Positions 26,458 to 40,078 of a stretch of DNA of 64,000 bases are shown here, one piece after another. The notes under the pieces are model-generated. The model searched no databases. It was not told where the DNA came from and saw nothing but the letters and a program-made list of their open reading frames with translations. Each line of letters opens with the position of its first letter. Positions within the stretch are counted from its first letter, which is position 1. This DNA comes from Moniliella sp. 'wahieum' (taxonomy: Eukaryota), in contig RSEE01000099.1 of assembly GCA_003971905.1 (NCBI GenBank), positions 1 to 64,000 on the forward strand, read 5' to 3'. Both the position numbers and the translations under genes were made by a program.

Positions 26458-27525
26458 TGAACGTTGAACGTTGAACGTTCAGTTGAACGTTTGAACGCAC
26501 TCACTCGAGCATGAAACTGATCGTCAACCTCACTGACCAGCCTGGCCGCCGGCGCCGCCGCTGCCTCCGCCAAGCATCCATATCTAATCTCCTCTCTCCC
26601 TCCAGTCCGGCCCAATCGCCGCCGCTTCGCCTCTGGGGACGGCAACAGGCCAGCATCCACCCCGTATCAACGTTGTTTCCTCCCTGGTCCGCTTGGCCCA
26701 TCGCCCATCGCCCATCGCCTATCGCCCATCTCCAGCTTCCAGCCAATCATTAATCAGCGCTCAGCCTGAGCCGCAATTCTCAGCCAGCTCAGCCACCTCG
26801 TCCGGGCTGTCACACATCCTTGGCCCTCATGTAGCCGCGCTCTCGTCGGCATCAGACTGATGTCCTCATACGTCCAGTACCATGCATCAGCGCTGAGGCT
26901 CAGCCACCATCCATCAGGTCAATGGGTGACGCGTGACGTGTGCATTGCACGTGGCCTGTAGTACTTAGTCACTAGTCAAGAGCTAGTCAAGCTCAAGCTT
27001 CAAGCTTCAAGTCACTATAGTCCCTAGAAACCACGAATAGTGATCCAGTGAGCTGGTAAGGGACCGCGGGAAGGATGGCACTCTTCCACACAGCATGCCA
27101 GTCCCCCAGCAAAACGTCGATAAGATCGATGGGCTCACGTCGTCGACGCAGAATGCGCATGACACAATCCATTTCACAAGCGACAAGGGGATTCCAATCG
27201 TGCCAGCATGCGCCTCCGAGGCGCCGTCGCAGGAGTCCGTCCAAGGCCGTTGCTGCCGTCGGTCGGTCTCGATGTTCACCCGTTCTATCCAACCCTTGAA
27301 GCTTGAAGCTTGAAGCCTGGTCGACAAACTCAATCAACGCTGCTGAGATGGGTATGCTGATGCAATTCCATGCGCAAAAGCTGACATTATTACCGGTTAC
27401 CGGTTACCAGCCATCCTGTGCTCCCAGGGTCGATCGGATCCGCTTCCTGCCCCAGCCTCTCTTCTCAGCTTTTCCGACAAAAAATCAGGTTCGCGCGGAC
27501 TGAGTACTCAGACTGAGTACTGACG
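26458..27525. repeat. Cluster of 7-bp TNA+palindrome arrays
   Basis: (TGAACGT)3TCA at 26458; TCAAGCT repeats ~26994; (TGAAGCT) at 27297-27316; (TTACCGG) at ~27390; TGAGTACTCA at ~27501. Confidence 0.85.
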
Positions 27526-28169
27526 AGATCGCCGATTGTATTGGGCATCAAAGGCTCACAGGCCAATGACTTCATGACTCCCAAAGCTTGAAGATCGACG
27601 AGCATCATCGACATGAATGATCACTAGATCAGTAGCATCACTGCGCCTCAGCGCTTAGGCGGTGCTTTCAGCATGAAACTAGTGCTAGCAGCTGCCCTTC
27701 CCACTATGATATACGCGCCCAGCCATGACCAAGCTAAGCTGGTGCCGAGGAGTACCGAGCCTCTGTGCTCACTACTTGCTGCGCACATGGAGCGCATGCA
27801 GTGCACCGAGCTCCTTGCCCTGCCATTGCGGCAACGATGGCTGCTCTTCAAGCGTGCCATGCTCCGCGTAGCCAACCCAAGAAAGCAAAACGAACGGCAC
27901 ATTTCGGGCTCCCCTGCGCGCGGGGATACATTACAGGTTCCAAATGCACAGTGGCAGCGTTCCAGTCCAAGGCATCCGAGGTGCCAAGGCGCACTGACCA
28001 AATTCGTGGTCCCGTAACAGGCCCCTCTCACGACCAGGTGGAAGGGTAGAATGAAAAGAGCGAGGTGAGGTGAGGTAGGAAAGGAGAGGAGAGGAGAGGA
28101 GGGGGAGGATGATCGATGACAGAGCCCCAGATGGCAGGTGCAGGTCACCAATCTCAAATCTCAATTCGA

Positions 28170-31069
28170 TTAGTGGCTTTGGGCGCGGGTCAACTCCAAC
28201 CCTCCATGCTGGAGTTCCTTGCGGACTTGCTTGGAAGCATTGCGAGCCAGCTTACGCATCTCGGACTCTTTGAGTTTCACAGCTTCGGCCGCGGGGATCA
28301 GGCCGTCGCCTACCAAGCCGACTACGGCGCCGGCCGGGCGGCGGAGCGCGCTCAGAGCCGCCTCGCGACTCTTGAGTGCAGGAGAGAGGGTGCAGGTCAA
28401 TGCCACGCCGACACGGAGGAGCCATTCGGGGCCTAGGACAGATCGAGTTGTATACAAAAAAGGCACATGCCAGAGGAAGAAATAGTCCAGTGCGCGACTC
28501 ACCTTCAAACAAGAATGCGTCCCAAACACGCGCAAGCGTGTTCCAAGGCAGCACGCGTACATACAGCGTCGAGCCAAGCCGGGACAAACAAAAAGGTATC
28601 CAGTCCGAGCGAATTGAGCGTTTGCGCCGTCCCACGGCTCGAGCGAGCCTGGAGCAAGCGCGCAAGACAGCTGCATCCGTGTAGAGTTGCTTGGCCTTGG
28701 TCGGCCCATCGTAGTACCCGGCCAAGGTAGGGTGGCGCAAGAGCGCTGCCAACAGCCAAAACGTATCCTCTGGCGGGATGCGAGCAATCAAGAGCCATCC
28801 GGCCACCAGCCCCAAGCCACGCGAGTAACCAGCAGCAGGGTTGAAGAGCAGGTACGCCTTGACCACCGCTGCCAGGTCCGCTGCGCCGCCCTGGCCGGGA
28901 CCGTTGGAGAAGAGGACATGATCCGCAAATAGGCCGGCTGAATCCTGATCGATCGAGGTCCAGGTGTCGCCCTTTTGCTTGGCCACCTTGTTCGTCGAAG
29001 CTTGGTGGCACAGATGCTCAAACAGGCCCGCCTGCCGACGGAATTGCGCATTGGCCAAAAAGAGCCAGACACGCGGACGCAAACTGGGCGGGATGCCAGC
29101 GCGGCACATATGCTTCACCTTGCGGCTTTTGCGGGCGGAGCTCACATCCATAGTAGACATGACCTGGCGCCACGCTTCCACCACCGATGGGTTCTCTTGG
29201 AACCGGCCCGCACCGGCCGAGCCAGGAGGCAGGAAGAAACCAAACTCGTCCACTGGGCCCATCGATACCGGCGGCGGGGGGCGTGGTTGAGGCGGCGCTG
29301 CTGGCGAAGGGGTGCCAGCACAGGCGCAGGTCCTGCCGAGGCCGCACTGGGCAGACCCGGACTGGGGATGGGCGAAGCGCGCCCCACGGATGGGGGTGCC
29401 GAGTGAGGCGTGACAGGCGAACGAGAAGGCGGCGCCAACCCAAATGGCTGGCTGCCCTGCCCCGTAGGACTCAACAGATGGCCAGGGCCAAATCCGTTGG
29501 GGGAAACACGCTCGGGCATCCGAGCGGCAGAGGACATGGCCGGGGACGTATCGAGCGGGTGGGGTTGGGGCACTCCTGGGCGTGGGCGTGGGCCCATGGG
29601 ACCGACAACACCAGGAGGCGGAGACATTTCGCCCCAGCCCCTTTGCCGCAAGGCCAGGCCGGCCACGGTTGTTTCGGGCAAAGGAGACATCGTCCCATTC
29701 GGCGAGGCAGGGTTCATGGGGGGGGGGCGGTGGCGGAAGTTGTGTGGGAATAAGCTGTCGAAGCATTACGCGAGGTCGAAGGCGAAGTAGCAGAGGAAGA
29801 GAGAGTCGGGTTGGATGCCGACAACCCAAAGGAGACGGTCCTAGTGGTGCCGCCCCGCGCGGGCCGCCAGCAGCCTTTCCCTCATCCATGCGAAGGAATG
29901 CATCTGGCACAGAGGGGGACGAGGGCGGTTCGGCGTTGGGGCCATTCCAAGGAGCCCATGCTGGGAACGCAACCGAGTCGCGGCCATACACATCGTAGAT
30001 GGATGTGTAGTTCGTTTGTTCTTGCCAGAGCGGCCGCCGTGGTGAGACGAGCCCGCAGCATCCCGGCGGGCTGAGCCAGGAGCAGATGGATGTGCCACAT
30101 CAGGCGATGAGGCGGAATAATCTCTTCATCATGAGCGGCCGAAGAGGATAAAGTACCGGTGGTAGCACTCGAAGCATCGGATAGTTGCCGTCCGAGAATG
30201 GCCTGGGGTGTGGTATGCCCAGCATTATTCCGGCGACTCTGTTGATTTGCCTTGAAAGCAGGAAGCTGCTGGTTCCGAGAGGCAGTTGGCTGTGGATAAG
30301 GGTTGGGGAAGTCAGACTCGCCATTCATAAGAGGAGAGGCATGACGTTCGTCGTCAACTTGATCCAAGTAGCGGAACGCAGACTCTCGTGACCCACGGTG
30401 GGAGCGCGAGTAGGCGGACGACTGGCCGGTTGCACCGCTCAAGCCACTCAAGGCACTGGCATGGGCATCCGCACTGCGACGACTGTATGCGCTTGCGCCG
30501 CTGACAGCGCTGGCACGCAGATCCGGTCGCGATGCAGTGGCAAGGTGGAGGGGCGGAGAAGGGCTGCGGGCCCAAGGGAGGGCAGAATCATCCTCCATAG
30601 GGTCGTCGAGCGGGGCGGATACAAGTGGATGCGGAGGGTGAATGCCCCTCGTAGGCGAGGGGGGAAGAATGCGCGCCGAGTGGAGTGCGTCGGGAGGAGG
30701 GGGGAAGAAAAGAAGCCCTGGCCATGGAATTCGTGGGGAGCGCAGCTCGGGGGGGGGCATGGGGCGTGATGGGTTCGGGGTGCGGCTGGACTGTTTGCGG
30801 ACAACGACCGGCTTTTTCAGGCGGCCGTGGAAGCGGACCTGGGACGCATCAAAGTGGCCCACGACGCCCTCACAGAAGCCGAGAAAGGGGCCGGACGGAT
30901 CGCCCTTGGTGACCGCGCCAGGCAGGGGGCGCAGCACAACGATCTCCTCGCCTGCCATGAACATGAGGTCGTCTGCGCCGGCCGCCGGGCAGTCGACGGT
31001 GGCCGTGGCGGAGCCAATGCCGCCCTTGGCCGCGAAGCGCGTCCAGGCGCGCAGCGTTCCAGCGTCCAT
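28170..31069 (-). CDS. Rab-GAP TBC-domain protein with N-terminal SH3-like domain (frameshifted)
   Basis: N-terminal DDLMFMAGEEIVVL...FLGFCEGVVGHF; central Pro-rich region; DEFGF, GIPPSLRPRVWLFL, PPEDTFWLL, RVLPWNTLARVWDAFLFEG. Confidence 0.85.
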
Positions 31070-32778
31070 TTGCGCCGGAGGGGGGGCGGGGCGGCGGGGC
31101 GGGGCGAGGGAGGTGGTGGTGGACGGCGGGCGGGAGGGCTCGAGTGGGTGGCGCAGGTCAGCGGTGCCATCACGGTCAGCGACCTGGGCTGGTCGCTGGT
31201 CGGGGGGGCAAGGGTGGTGGGTGAGCGCAGAAGGTTAGTGGGTGATGTCTGGGCGGCATGGCAGCGGGCCGGGCAATCGGCGGCGGACGGGTCAGCGGTC
31301 AGGCGGGCAGCCGGAGGCGTCAGGCAGCGCCTCCTGCATCCCACTCGCTCTGCCCGAGAGCACGCATCATGCATCGCATCAGGCATCCCACCTGAGCCTG
31401 CGGCGCCAGTGATCGTGATCGCAGATCGGCAGCTGCGCACAGCCGGGCGCGGGAGAGCAGTGTGGCGCCACCGCATGCGCAGCCGCCCTGCCCCCCTGCA
31501 GCGCCCATCTCCTGTGGCCAAGCCGCGTCCCGCAGCGCACAGCAGGCACACAATGCAGGCACCGCACTCCCCCCTGCATCGCGTGCATCACACCGTCTGC
31601 TCGGGTGACCGCATGGCGCTAGCCTCCAACTGAGAACGTCCAGCGTCCCACTGGCTTGAAGGCTGATTGCGTGATGCATGATGTGGCGCGTCGCATGCTT
31701 GGCGCAACGCAGACAACGTGGCCAGTGGCGCCATGCGGCGTGGCCTGCCTGCCGAATTCAATCCACCCAGGGTAGTTTGCCAGCTTGGTGCATAGTGCCC
31801 GGAGCCGGGCAGCAGGGAGCGTGCGCGCTAACTACTAACTAGTAACTAGCATTAATCACAGCGCTGACGTGCGAATCAGCCGGGAGGCGCAGAGCCTGGG
31901 AGAGCCTGGGGCATCGAGAACCGGAGAGGCTGCGACAAGACGGTAGATTAGAACAACGTGGAACGTTTCAACGTTGCACGTACGTGGAAAACATTCAGAG
32001 TTCGCCCTTGGTAAAGCCGGTAGCTAGCAAACCCAGCTAGAAGTGGGTTCCCAAGGTTACCCGCCGCCAGGTCACCGGCACCAGCCTTCCAAACCAACTC
32101 CAACGGTGTTGGCACCACCACGCTGTTGATCGACGGCGCTTCTAGCTTTCACAAGCAACAATCGCCAACCTCCCAATCGCTACCCCGTCGTGACTGCCGG
32201 ACCCGTAAACCACACACACGCGTCCAGCACACAGGACAAAAACGATCGGGTGCTGGGCTGCGATATAGTTCGATTTGATCCTCCGAGGAATGATCTCAAT
32301 TATATTGATGTCCACAATGAGCCTCATGGCTCACACGCGTGTCCCTCTATCCCTGCTGCCATCATTTTCGCGGAAGCCAGTACCACATGTTCAATGCCAG
32401 ACTGATATACTGAGAGGCCTGAGATCTGAGAGCTGTTTTTGCATCACGTACTAGTAGCACACGCCATACAGATGGGCGAGCCTGGTCGGGTGCAGCGTTG
32501 ATATGTCCCTGCCGGCGTCTGTATGGGTGAGCTCTGAGTGAGAACACAGTATTGGAGAGAGAGGTATACACAAGGTGATCCGGCATTCTGAGCGAGTTAA
32601 TATGAATGGAGTTTTATCAAGAGTATCTGCCAGAGAGAGAGAGCAGACGGCGAGGCCTGTGATGTCTGAAGAGATGTGAACAGGCCAGCCGCGTGAAAGT
32701 GTGTGGTTGAGGGTATGGGGCACAGGAGAGGGGAGGGGAAGGGGTAAGATAGACTGTAGGAGTCGGTGGTTCTGTGGA

Positions 32779-35652
32779 TCAGGTTTTGCGGAAGGGTTTC
32801 CAGACCAAACGCGTGAACCAAAACACTAGGAATCCGCAAAACTTGAAGAACGACAGACCAAAGGTGGACCAGAGCAGAAACTTGAAGTAGTAGTTGGTGT
32901 TGTCCTTGTCAGATCCTTTGGAGGTACTATCGGCAGAATCGTAGTTGAGACCGTTGATTTTTCGATCGCTACGGTCAGCGCGCCATTGCACAAGATCCAA
33001 GCGGCGACCAAGCGGGTGCGGAAAGTCTTGTTGCTGTCGTCCATGGTGGGCTTCTCCTTCTCCTCCACAATCACGACTGGTGCGACAGCGCGTTGAACTA
33101 CATCGCGGAAGTGGGCATCGACATCTTCCTGTTCTCGTACCGTTTCCTCAATGGAACCGTCCAAATGTGCGCCCCCCTTGGTGTTGACAGACGGCAACAC
33201 ATCCGCCTTGTCCGACCCTTTCGTACCCCAGCTCACGTCATGCAAGTTACAGAAGGCATACACGTTGAGAATGTTGATCAAGCTTGGGGCAACGGCCATG
33301 TACTGAGGGAAGGAGGTGAGCATATGCCACGGGTCCAGGTACATGATGGAGGCAAGGAGGTACACCCCAAAGGTAGCAATTAAGCTAGCGACCAAAACGC
33401 TTGTGGACTGGGCATCCTTAATGAACATTCGCCAAAACGTAATATGGTGCTCATTTGCCTTGTCGTCCTCTCCCAGTAGCATTTTGACTGTAAGCCAAAT
33501 TGAGACGACCAGCAAGTAGAGTCCCATAAAACCAAAGACGATGAAAGATAACACGTACAACCGCTGCTCTGCTTTGGGTCGATTTCCCAAGGCCAAGACA
33601 AACTGTAGCACGAGGAAGAAGACATACGTCCACATGCATGCCTTGTTGACCCAGAGAAACACCTGCATAAGTGTATGAGCCTTGCTGCCGATGATCACAT
33701 CAGGCAAAAATCCAATGATGATAGAAAAAGTGAGCCATTGGTTGGCGAGGGCAAACCAAGTGAAAAAGAGCACCAGAGCATTGTAGAACGCTTGAAGATG
33801 AAGAAAGAACATGCGCAAGATACCATGGCCTGACCGATAGATCTTCCAAAAGTGCACGAGGCCATAAATCGAAGCCGCAAAGGAGCCATTGAGCCAACGC
33901 CGACGCTGGCTGATGAGCTCAGCCGCCTTCTCAGGCACATCCGTCTCACCCTTGGCCTGCTTGACGTACCCCAATACCCAACGATCGTTTGCTTAAACAC
34001 AAGCTCAAAGCACAGGATGCGGTCCTCGGCCAAAAACATATTCTTGGTAAAGATGCCCATTCCTTGGACGCCCTTCTTGCCCAACCGCTCGGCTAGGGTA
34101 TGGTCGCCGTGGAAGTACTGCTGCAAGGGCCGGCCTTGGACCGCCCTGTAGCGGTATGCACTGAACGCACCAGGCAGCACAGAGACATACCCAAACGCAC
34201 TTTCCAGTGGCTTGTCGAGAATGTTGCTCATCTTGTACTCAAAATTTTGGGCGGCAATCAGGGGATTGATCAGCTTGGTACCCCCTTTGATCATCGCATG
34301 AATTTCGCCACAGCACCCGCCCAGGTGACGATTGTTGTACATGGCTTCCCATAGGTAGTATAGACTCTTGGGACTCGGCTTGGTACCCGCGTCAATCAAG
34401 ATGCACACCTCTGGTTGAAGATGGAGACCGAGCGCGTTAAACAGCCAGCGGTGCGAGTTGATCTTTTTGGAATTCTTTTGCTTGAGGCAAAAGATCATTT
34501 GGACAGGCACCATGTTGTTCTTGTCGTCCCCATGCGGCTGAACGAGAGAAGGTTTGGAGTCAACGGAGAGTTGCGTCGTGTACTCAAACAAGTGGGCCAC
34601 CGTCTCCTTTCCATCGACCTTGCGCTTCATTACTCCATCTTGGTACACACCTACCGTTGCCAGCAAGTCGAGCACTTCCTTGTCACACGGATCAATGCCA
34701 TCAAAGATCAGCGCAACAACCACACGTTGCCATCCATGGCGACCGTCCTCGGCAGACCGGCGCCAAAACTTGGATGACTTGGACTTGCAAATGTCGCGAA
34801 TGTTCTCCATCACACCGTGAAGCGTGCGAGCGACCAGAACGCGATCTTCATTGTAGTACGTGATGGCAATCAGGATCTCGGTATCACGGCCATACAGGTC
34901 GGACGCGCGCAACGACCATCCATTCTCACGAGTAAAGTCGTCCGGGTCGCACGTGGCGGCCGTGTAGCGCATGTGGCTAAACTCGGTCGTCGTTACGCCC
35001 TGCACCCACTTGGGTTCAAACGAGTTGAGCACGGCAGTTGGAACACGGTGCTCTACACACCAATGGCCCTTGGTCAGCTTGACCCGCCGCGTCAAACCCC
35101 TGCGCGGCCTGGCTGGCGCTCAACCCAAGCCACTTGCGATTGAACTTGAGAGGCACTGTCATCGGGTCCTACCTCGGACGAAAACGCAGTTCCGGGACGA
35201 GTTATCGAGCCGCCAAAGGGCGTGCTGCCTCGGGCAAGAGGGGTGGGAAATGTGTTAGGATCCGGCAATTGTGTTGGTATGAATCAGTGTCAGCAAGAGG
35301 GCACTCAGAAGTGCCGACAACATAGGTATAGGCCAGTATAGGTGAGCCACATACCCGTACTGGACGTGCCGTGGGGGTGGGTAGCTGACATCCTCCATGT
35401 CGTCATTGAGAGGTCCATCCAGCTTGTCGCTTCCGATCGGAGCCTGCTCCTCGGAGAGGGGGTTTTGGAATCGTCGGCAGGCCCAAAAGAATCCTCGTAG
35501 TAAGGGTACTGGTGGTAACCCGCGGTGAAAGAGGCACTTTCATCATAATAGGGTACACTTGTGTCCTCGCCATGATGTTCGCCCACACGGTGGGCGAGAT
35601 CCCCGTGGGGGTCATTTGGGCCGTGCAGCGGCGTGTATGGCTGGTCGCTCAT
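32779..35652 (-). CDS. Chitin synthase, division 1 (class III-like)
   Basis: [80 protein letters not shown]. Confidence 0.97.
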
Positions 35653-36219
35653 AGACGGGGGGGGGGTTAGGGTGACGATGGTGGAGAAGCGGGCGGAGGG
35701 GGGAGGCAGGTATTCATATAAGACTGAAGCGAGTGAGCGACGAGCGCGAGCGAGTCCTATTAACGCATGCGTGCCGCTTTGCCACGGCGCCAGTGTCAAA
35801 ACCAAGGCAGGCCAGAGACCAGCCGGTTTGCCTGCCACAATCTGGACAGCGGAAACTCCGTCGGCGGGCCCCACCGCAGTACGGTGTCAGTGTCGCCCTC
35901 TTCGGTGGCCTATCTGGGCATGCTGCCTACTCCCGACACGCAATAACTCTGCCAGGCTGCCACTGCGATCGTGCCGGGCCGTGGCTGCTCAGGCTGAGCG
36001 CTGACAGCCAGCGGTGGCTGATGCGCCTGTAGCTGACTGAGCAGATCACACTCCCCTCACTGGCTCACTGCCGATGCCGTACAACCACAACGGATGTACA
36101 TCGTGCAAGCTGCTACTACTAGGCACTTCCCGTTTCCAGTCGGAGCATCTGCATATGAACGTTTGACCAGTGGTCTTCGGCCAAGTGCAAGCAAGGGTGG
36201 GCTATACTTCTATCGGCTC

Positions 36220-37616
36220 CTATTCTGCGAGATTGGGAACCACAGTTGCTCTTTGTTTCATTCCCGAGCGGCTGCCAACGAGGAGCTTTGTACCCGCTGA
36301 TACACTCTCCGCAGGTGGTGGGGTATAGACTGTCGATGCAGTGCACGCACGACTTGGGAGATGTAATGGGCTAGAGGGTGCACTAGCCATCTCCAAGACT
36401 TGAGTTGTCTTCCACATCCCCGGATCGTGCCAACCCTGGCCCCAAGTAAATCGTTTTCCCCTCGGTCCGCCTGGGCGGTAGTGGTAGCCATCTCTCCGCA
36501 TCGCCAGCCACGATCGGAGCGTAGTAGACTCATTCCGGTCCATCTCGGACGTAAACAAGTGCGAAAACGCACCACTGAGACCAGTGGGGAACTGGTCCAC
36601 CCCATCGACCCCAAGCGATTCGACAAACGAAGCAAGTTCTTCCGGGATCGTCTCGTCGCCCCGGCCCAAGTTGGGTAGCCCGGCCGGCTCACCAATGCCA
36701 TCCTTGAGTGGGTCGTGTTCCCCTCGTCCATCCGCATCACGATGGGGGTAGATCAAATCCAGGCCCAGATCCGCCCATACATCTTGGTAGGGCGGGGTGG
36801 GGTACTCCATGTCAGCGCGCGCAGTAAGGAAGTGTGGCCTCCTGGCCCGGTCCAAAGCGGATAAAGGGCCAGGTGGGAGCACGCTGAGTGAATTGCGTTT
36901 TGGCCCGCAAAACCAAGTGGGAAGGAATGGTCTCAAGACTGCCGTTGACCATGTCAGGATCGATAGGTGCCTTGGCGGCAGCGGCACCATTGTTGTGAGC
37001 CGCTGGTGTGCCAGCCACAGCCAAGTTCATGTGTACCCGGGGCGAAAGGATGGGCTCGGAAGTGTACGGCGCCGTGGATCGGGCGCGGGCAAAGGGGTCA
37101 CCAAAGGGATAGGCAATGTGCAACTCGTCGGGTAGCTGCTCGCCATCTTCGTCGGTAGTGGAAGGAATTAAATGTTCGGGTGCGTCGATGTCTGACAGAA
37201 GACCAAGTCAGTTGAGCCCTCGACCACAGCGGGGGCTACGCCACCTGCGGGAGTCGGAAAACATACCATCTTGATCCAAATGGGGCAGCCAAAGAGATAG
37301 ATAGGGGTCGTACCCCAACCGTGCTTCTTCTTGGGCGCGTTCAGCCTTTTCCCGGGCCTGGCGGTCTGGGTCGAGGAAGCTGGGCGGGAACACAAAGTCA
37401 TGGGCTTCATCACGGACAGACGCCAGGGCAACCAACGCATCTCCATGTCGGAGACTCCATGGAGGCTGGCGGTGGATTGAGCTCAAGTGGCCGTCAGACA
37501 TGGGGCCAGTGGTCGTTAGGGAGGGCGGGTGAGGGTGATGGAAGCGAGCGGGTAGGCCGGGTAGGCGCAGACTTGGCGCAACTGGTTGGTTGCTTGCGAG
37601 ATGGCCGCGTGAGCAT
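36220..37616 (-). CDS. Hypothetical protein (frameshifted)
   Basis: Chain of protein-like ORFs (37168-37501, 36812-37123, 36220-36990) with an Arg/Ser-rich N-terminus; no family recognised. Confidence 0.45.
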
Positions 37617-37719
37617 CACGTGTCGATGATAGATGGGTGGGTCGAATTGGCAGCATCGCGGGATTACGTACGGCTGCTGTCTCATCGGGGGTTGAAATTT
37701 GAAAGGTTCGTGTTTAACG

Positions 37720-38250
37720 TTTTACGTTCGACGTGTGATCTTTTGAACGTCGTAGCTCGTAACGGTAACCGCGTAACCGGTAACCTGTCGCAACGCGTAG
37801 CTTGAAGCTTGAAGCTTGACGCACCAGCGCGTCAGCGCTGCAAACGAAATAAGCAAGACCGGACCTTCGATCATCGATATCACGACCACTAGTCAGTCTA
37901 GCCAGTATCAGTAGTCAGTAGCTAGTCAGTACTCAGTACACTGAGTAGTCCTCCAGTTACTAGTCGCTAGTCACTACCCCACTGTCCACTTGGAGCTTGA
38001 AGCTCCCGATGAACTGACCAGTGTTCGATCAAGATGATCTGCAATCCAGCTAATTCAGGTTGGTTGAACGTTTGCGTTTGAACGGAAAACGTTGAACGTT
38101 GCATGTCACATGTCAGCCCCAGATCACCGGTCAGTGACACGATCAGCGTTCCCTTAATCACCGAAGCTCCGCGAGAGGCATTTGACCCGTTGGAGCTTGA
38201 AGCTTGAAGCTTGACGTTTGGCTGTTTGACGCGTGACGCGTGACGCTTGA
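37720..38250. repeat. Dense 7-bp array region in divergent promoter upstream of ARF6
   Basis: TAACCGG, (TGAAGCT)n, TCATCGA, TCAGTAC, TCACATG, TCACCGG and (TGACGCG)n at 38227-38250. Confidence 0.85.
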
Positions 38251-38480
38251 AGAGCGGGTGAGATCAGGCCGCCCTGGTCTCACTCTGCTGCTCGTCTCAT
38301 CTCCACCTCCATCTAACCTCGTCTCCAGCACTCGCCGCTCGACGTTGGACGCCCGTCGTGGGGCTCTTGCGTGTTGTCTACTGCTACCAGCTGCCGCCTC
38401 CGCCATCGCCTTCGAGCCTCCTCCTTGGCCACTCTCACGCTCTCTCTCTGCCCCCTGTGCTCCTCCGCGTCTGAAGCACC

Positions 38481-39032
38481 ATGGGCCAATCACTCAGCAA
38501 AGCGTTGGGCAAGCTCTTTGGCAACAAAGAAATGCGAATTCTCATGCTCGGACTAGATGCAGCCGGCAAGACGACCATCCTGTACAAGCTCAAGCTCAAC
38601 AAGTCTGTCACCACCATCCCCACAGTCGGTTTCAACGTTGAGACGGTCACATATCGCAACGTCAAGTTCAACGTCTGGGATGTCGGCGGCCAGGACAAGA
38701 TTCGCCCCCTGTGGCGCCACTACTACACTGGCACCCAGGGTCTTGTCTTTGTCGTTGACTCTTCTGACACAGCTCGTATCGAGGAGGCGCGGACTGCTTT
38801 GCATCGCATTCTCTCCGACAGGGAGATGCGCGACTGTCTTCTCCTTGTCTTTGCGAACAAGCAGGACGTCAAAGGTGCCCTGACTCCCGCTCAGGTTACC
38901 GAAAGACTGGGGCTTAACAAGTTGACCAACCGCTCTTGGTTCGTCCACCCATCATGTGCTACAACGGGTGAAGGGCTCTTTGAAGGTCTCGCTTGGCTCT
39001 CCGCCAACGTCAAGAGCGTATCCAAGCCCTGA
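38481..39032 (+). CDS. ARF6: ADP-ribosylation factor 6
   Basis: Intact 183-aa ORF with MG myristoylation start, [36 protein letters not shown] (Arf6 signature) and NKQD. Confidence 0.96.
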   Translation: MGQSLSKALGKLFGNKEMRILMLGLDAAGKTTILYKLKLNKSVTTIPTVGFNVETVTYRNVKFNVWDVGGQDKIRPLWRHYYTGTQGLVFVVDSSDTARIEEARTALHRILSDREMRDCLLLVFANKQDVKGALTPAQVTERLGLNKLTNRSWFVHPSCATTGEGLFEGLAWLSANVKSVSKP

Positions 39033-40078
39033 AATGCTCCGACCACATTTATTTCGTTACACCAAACTTCTCACCACTTTTTTTTCTTCTTGTGTGCGAC
39101 GCAGTAGCCTTGGGTTGCGTCTTGAGCCTTCCACCATCATCAATTAGCTCCCTTTCACTTTCTTCTGGATGTACCAGCTCCCTGGTGCAATCCCGTATGC
39201 AGTCCTGCCTACTCCACCCCCTGGATCTCGCGCTTTGTATTCCACCGTGAGCTTTCTTCCAGATCAGGCCCTGTCATGGACTGCTGTCTGCTATGCCTCC
39301 CCCCCAGGCCCTGTTTCTACCCTCGCAAACAATGTTGTGAGTGGGTACCCTACATTTCCCTTCCTTGCCCCACCATGCTTTGCTTTACAGCGAGGAGCGT
39401 TACCTGCGACTGAGCCTCCCTCTAGTGCGCCGACAGTTCTCATTTTCGAGCTGGCGGGGGTTGATGCATGATGGATAAGCGGACCAGCTCGCTGTACTTG
39501 CCGTGCATCATGTTATACCTGCAATGCTTGTCATGTTCCCGGGCCTGGCTTTTGAACCATCGAGCGCTCAGGCTGAGCGCTGAGCCTCAGCACCTTGTCG
39601 GGAGGATCCCATGTCGGCGATATAGGGGAGAGAATACTGACAGTAGCCTTTCGGGCATTTCGTATCAATTCTTTGAGCAGGGGGGGTAGAAAGTGTACAT
39701 CCCCAACTACATTACAGCACCTTGCATTTGTTCCCCAGCGACCGGATAACCGCCCATATGCGATGCACAACTAATACAATGCGGGGAATAGAACTTTGGG
39801 AAGTAGTCAAGCTCTTGGCGCCTCTTCCATCTTCCCAAGCAGCATTGTACGGGGCCACCTAACAAAAAAGACCACATGTCGGGAGATGATCCACCCTACA
39901 GATCTTCCGAGCTCATGCACCCAGTGGTCATCATAGAACGGAATGAGCGTGGCGTAAGAATAAAAGCTTCGACGAAAAGTCGTTTTGGTTGGGTCGTATG
40001 CGTCAAGAGGGCCACCTCAAATGGACGGGCAAAGTACTAAGGTAAGCGAGGTACAATTCCCATTGTGGGGAAAATGTG

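Noticed and set aside
26696..26730. (CCATCGC)n 7-mer as part of the TNA-palindrome pattern
   Set aside because: Period 7 but no TNA and no palindromic core; treated as an ordinary minisatellite.
32560..32760. Purine-rich stretch as solo LTR
   Set aside because: No termini or TSD found; position fits the chitin synthase 3' UTR.
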